A stretch of DNA of 63,635 nucleotides, the filler included, from Licmophora abbreviata (lineage: Eukaryota): assembly GCA_900291995.1 (NCBI GenBank). It is 8 parts of 8 records of this genome, joined end to end, with 100 filler letters (N's around TTAATTAATTAA, not from the genome) between each part and the next. Parts side by side here need not be neighbours in the genome. Positions count along the whole stretch, not along the records: positions 59,015 to 63,635 come from OLMU01003434.1; 7 more parts are not named here. The stretch is one strand, 5' to 3'. This document shows, piece after piece, positions 59,158 through 63,635 of this stretch. The notes beneath the pieces are model-generated. The model did not search any database and had not been told where the DNA came from. It was given only the letters and a program-made list of their open reading frames with translations. The translations under genes were made by a program, and so were the position numbers. Position 1 is the first letter of the stretch, and the number at the start of each line of letters is the position of its first letter.

Positions 59158-60243
59158 ATGAGACTGTCTAGCCTTCTTGTCGTTACATTGCTTGGTCAAT
59201 ATACTCCTCGGAGTCGTGGCTTTGCACCCCAGGGGGTCAAGGCAGCCATCTCGAGAGTCTCCCGCCCTGGCAGCAGCTCAAGCTCGAGCCTTTTTGCGAT
59301 TGGCGTACTGGCAAGGAAGGCCAAGGAAGCCGATGTGCGGAAATACTGCGAAGAAGGAGTCGATGACTCTGTCATGGACAAGGTCAAACTAATTAAGGAA
59401 GCTGGCGACTCAATTGAACTAGGCACAGGGGAGCCAGGTCCTCTTCAGCAAGTTCTGACGCGACGGGCTGGCACCATCACAATTATCGCTGAGTACAAGC
59501 GCAAGATCGAGGGTGCTGGATACATCGACGAAGTCTTCGATCCTGAGATTCTAAGTCCTACGTTTAGAGAATTCGGCGCTTCGGGAATCGCTGTCATGGC
59601 CGACGAGCGTATGGGCGGATGTACCTACGATGACTTGACCAGTTTTGTCGATGAGCAGCGACGTGCTCAAAACGAAGTACCTGGGCCAGTCCTTGTAATC
59701 AACAACGATCTGATTGTCGACGAGGTTCAAATTGCACGCAGTGCGGCAGTCGGTGCAAAGGGGGTTGTTCTCACAATGAACGTACTTGGTGAGAAGAAAA
59801 CAGCGAGTTTTCTTAGGGCGGCTAAGGCTGTCGACATGGAATGCTTGGTCGCCGTATCCTCCAAGGAAGAGGCGCAGAAGGCGATCGATATCGGTGCTCG
59901 GATTATCATCGTTGTTAATGTGGACGACACTGACGAAAAGATTAAGGTGATCGACGGTCTCGGAATTCCCGATGGACAGCAGGTATGCAGGATTGCAAAT
60001 ATTCTAGCGAAAGATAACAAGCAGCTTGAAGAGATCGAAGAGGCGTGGATCTGTCGCGACAAGGGATTCAATTGTGTCTGGGTCTCGGATGCTCTTTACA
60101 AGTCGGGAAATGATCCCTCGGAACATCCTGGCGCTATCATCAAGAGCATGACCGCCAAGAGCTCCGTCAAGTGGGCGTCACCGAAAGCACGAGCCGGAAA
60201 GGGAGAAGGAGCGCGCGAGTACCTTGGAGATATTCTAATGTGA
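59158..60243 (+). CDS. Plastid-targeted indole-3-glycerol-phosphate synthase (TrpC)-like protein, catalytic residues substituted
   Basis: Presequence ...SRG-FAP; IIAEYKRK, GASGIAV..D...GG...DL and DLIVDEVQIARS...GA TIM-barrel motifs. Confidence 0.8.
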   Translation: MRLSSLLVVTLLGQYTPRSRGFAPQGVKAAISRVSRPGSSSSSSLFAIGVLARKAKEADVRKYCEEGVDDSVMDKVKLIKEAGDSIELGTGEPGPLQQVLTRRAGTITIIAEYKRKIEGAGYIDEVFDPEILSPTFREFGASGIAVMADERMGGCTYDDLTSFVDEQRRAQNEVPGPVLVINNDLIVDEVQIARSAAVGAKGVVLTMNVLGEKKTASFLRAAKAVDMECLVAVSSKEEAQKAIDIGARIIIVVNVDDTDEKIKVIDGLGIPDGQQVCRIANILAKDNKQLEEIEEAWICRDKGFNCVWVSDALYKSGNDPSEHPGAIIKSMTAKSSVKWASPKARAGKGEGAREYLGDILM

Positions 60244-60359
60244 TCATGAAACCCAGCACATAGCCATCGACGAGCTTTGTCTCATTACATTATTTGTTGT
60301 TTTTGCTGGCTAATTACTCAATATCTGACACGCCCACTTTTCCCGTTGCATCGATATCT

Positions 60360-63300
60360 TCACGATATGTTGTAGTTCGGGTGAACGGCGATTCTCGTCT
60401 GCTGCTCCTCCGCCTTTGTCGATGGGGCGTCACCAACATAGATCAAAACACGATCCACATTGATCAATCGACGAATTACAAGATTCGTGAGCTTCCGCAT
60501 GCGTTCCAGTTCATCCATGGAGTCGCCGATCTTTTCCTCGCACTGCTCCAGATACCAATCAACAGTCTCCCGCCAAGTTAGGTATTTGGTTTCTGTCTCC
60601 TTGTCCTCGCTTTCCAAACTTCGGAGGTACGTCGCTATCGCAGTCGAAATTGCTTCAAACTCCTCAAACGTTATCTGTGTCTTCTTTTTGTTCTTTTTCG
60701 ACTTCTTCCTCTTGGGAGGCGGAAGCTCGGCGGTCTCTGTCGACTCAAGTTCATTGTGCCGCCCGGCAATCGTAGGTTCCGTGTTAGGGGGTTGGGACTC
60801 GGCTTCTCCGGTCCCATACTCGCCAGGATGGCTCTGCGGTTCTGATTCCATTGGGATATCCTCGTTGTCGTCATCATCGTTGTCGTTCCGGACATCATCT
60901 CCGTCGTTGGCATCTTCGTCTTCGTTGTCAAACGTCACATCCTCAGTCTCGACATGAATAATGCTTTTCTGAAGAAGGCGAAACGCCTCTCTCACATACG
61001 CCGGCTGTACAATATCGTCACAGTGCAGACGCGCCATTGCCTCTGAGAGTCGAATCATGGATTCCAGCTGACGGACAGTAATTCGATAGGCAGTCCGCGA
61101 CCGGCCCAGAGTATCTCCCTGTCGCAACCTGCGGTAGCAGTCGACAAGCACGCGCTGGCTCTCCGGGGTGATCTTGGGGTTGAGGGTGCGGGTGAATCGG
61201 ATGTAGCGCTGCATCTGCTCCTTCGTAAAGGGAGGGCGAACAGCTTCCTCTTCGCACCGATGCACTTTCAGAATGTGTTCGGCAACACTGCGGTCGGCGT
61301 CTTCGTTGCACTCGTCCAAGACGACAAAGAAGAGATCGAATCGACTTAGAATCGGGGCTGATAGGGCCACGTTTGCCTTGAGCGTCTTGGTACGATCGTA
61401 CCTACCATAAATGGGATTCGCAGCTGCAAGAATTGATGCACGAGCATTCAGCGTGGCTTGGATCCCGGCCTTTGTGATACTTATCGTCTGCTGCTCCATG
61501 GCCTCGTGGATCGCGACCTGATCGGTTGGGTCCATTTTGTCAAATTCATCAATGCAAGCAATTCCATTGTCAGCGAGCATTAAGGCACCCGCTTCGATAC
61601 AGTACTCTCCAGTGTCCTGATCTCTCTGAACAGCTGCCGTGAGACCCGCTGCGGACGAAGCCTTACCCGATGTGTAGACACATCGACTCGGAAGGAAGGA
61701 ATGGATGTATTTGAGAAATTGACTCTTGGCCGTAGACGGGTCGCCCACGATGCAGACGTTAACGTCTCCCCGAAGGCGAATACCCTCCGCTGTCGTCTTG
61801 TGGACTCCACCAAGCAACATGAGTAACAGTCCACGCTTGACTTCCTTATGCCCGAACGTAGTCGGAGCAATCGACTCAACCATCTAGAGAACAAGTGGCA
61901 AAACGAAGGTAACGTGAGATGTGCAGTTCTGTGACACAATGGCGTGGAGCAGTCGCGCAGGCGACTCTATCATCCTTACCCGTTCGTAGAGGTGTGAGCT
62001 GGACTTCATATCACGAATCTCCTCACGCTCCGCATCGGTGAACTCAGATGCCACTTCTTGAGCGGTCGGGTCATGGTCTGCAACTCCCTGTTTTCCAAAC
62101 AAGAAAGACGCGACGGTCGATGCCGAATTTCCAGCCTGTCGAACACGCAAAGCAGCCTCCATTGGGACCACCGATGATGCCACGAAGCAAGTTCGATACG
62201 TGAGTTCTCGGACTCCAAGCGACTTAAGCCCCCTTACGCCACCTCCCCCTCCCGTCGCAGCGTCGCTGGCCCGCCCTCTTCCAGTGGTAGATTGGGTCGG
62301 GTCTCCAGCCCTTGCCAACGCGCTACCGTCCGGAAGCACCACGAGACTTCCTGTAAAGACACATTTGTCTCCAGCTTTCGCTCTTTCGACCATTTCGTTT
62401 CGCAAGATAATGTCCATACTGCGAGGCATCGAACCAGGTGGGATCTCGTCCGAGTTTTCTTGCACTCGCAGCTTTTGCCAGTCGACAAACTCAGACTGAT
62501 TCATCTCGAGAGTGAACTCGCTTGGACTCTGATTGCGACAGCGTGGGTTGCGGCACAAGGTGGGTCGGGTGTAGTGGTATTGCTGGCGAATGTTCTCGGC
62601 CAACAGCATGCACTTGTTGCACCGAAACGAGCCAACGAGCAGTTCGGGGCGGACTTCGGAGGCGCGAGTGACTGTCCCCGTCACAGCACTAAGCCTTCCA
62701 ATGCGATCGGTTCGAAGGTGTCGCACAGGAAGGGTGTGGGGAGGATTGTGCAAGGCTACAAAAAACGTTACGGCACTCATCCCAGTGGCGGAGGAAGGGT
62801 CGTCAAGATCCGGATGCAGGTCCATGACGAACGAATGGATCGCTTTGCGCAGGAACGGTTCAAAGCGCACCATGTCTTCCTGGATAGCCTCCGCTAGCTC
62901 TGGGTCGTGGTTCAACAGGTGACCGTAGTCGACAAAGAGTGTGTTGGCAAACGGAGAAGTGAAGGAGTGGTCGGTATCGGCCGCCGATCGTCGACTCAAC
63001 AGGCGTTCTGCCATGTCATCGGCTTGTTCGGCGTAAGGGTAAACATGTTTCTCAGGTTGGTCGTTGTAATTTTGCATTGGTTCATCGGCGTGTGGCTCCA
63101 GAACATGCTCGCGACTGACAATGCGGTGAAAATTGGAGAAGATACAAGTCGTCAGCGAGATAGATATTGTCAGAAAATGGAACATGCTCATAGACACGTT
63201 CACCGTATGCCCAAGCATATTCATTGAAGCAGTACTCACTAGTCCATTAGAAATTGCAAGAAGCGACCCCGCACAAGCTCCCCTGACTCATCCAGGATCT

Positions 63301-63511
63301 CGAAACCTCCAATTCCCTCCGCTGCAGCGCCCATGACGGCCTCATCAGCTGTGGGATCTCGCTGTCTACCTCCGCCGCCGCCTGCTCCGACTCTCTGCCT
63401 CCCCATTGCCGCCGGATTCACACCAGCCATGGCAGCAACCTCTGCGATAGCCTCGGCCGCATCGGTATCTTGTGCTGGTGGCACAGTCGGAGAAGGATCT
63501 TCAGCTACCAT
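60360..63511 (-). CDS. MCM6: DNA replication licensing factor MCM6 (3 exons)
   Basis: VTRASEVRPEL, FVDWQKLRVQEN.DEIPPGSMPRS, LGVRELTY, IVGDPSTAKSQFL, IDEFDKM, ILSRFDLF, YRITVRQLESMIRLSEA and C-terminal VHPNY. Confidence 0.97.
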
Positions 63512-63635
63512 GTTCAAGTATCCACCAATGCTGCAAATGCTCTTATGAAAAACAATGCAATTTTCAATTTTCAGTTTTCAGTTTTGAGGGGAGCTTCTCG
63601 GAATTGGGCGCGCCGATCTACGTGGTACCAATCTT

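Overview
Eukaryotic nuclear DNA, most likely from a diatom. Evidence: compact genes with short GT-AG introns, bipartite signal+transit peptides (SP-F/W), and diatom-type sulfotransferase-like and Patched families. The window is eight contigs joined by 100-nt N-TTAATTAATTAA-N spacers, so adjacency across gaps is unproven. Recognisable genes: pyruvate kinase, GH29 fucosidase, Patched/NPC1-like, NACA, TRAPPC9/Trs120, PIKfyve/FAB1, TMEM14, TPP2, a PPR protein, RCL1, an IGPS-like protein and MCM6. Two accessory zones stand out. (1) 5.8-22.5 kb holds secretory/extracellular-matrix genes, including two bacterial-type OB+EEP nucleases (one intact ExeM/NucH type with Cys-rich repeats, one apparently catalytically dead) and two tandem fucosyltransferase-like genes, one with an in-frame TGA at a position that is Cys in its paralog. 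(2) 28.9-33 kb holds a divergent DIRS/Ngaro-like retroelement. Its gag-like ORF1 is separated by a single in-frame TGA from an ORF2 that seems to begin with a degenerate C5-cytosine-methyltransferase fold. Several apparent pseudoenzymes and three single-base gene lesions are also visible. All family calls come from recognising motifs by eye; no database searches were run.
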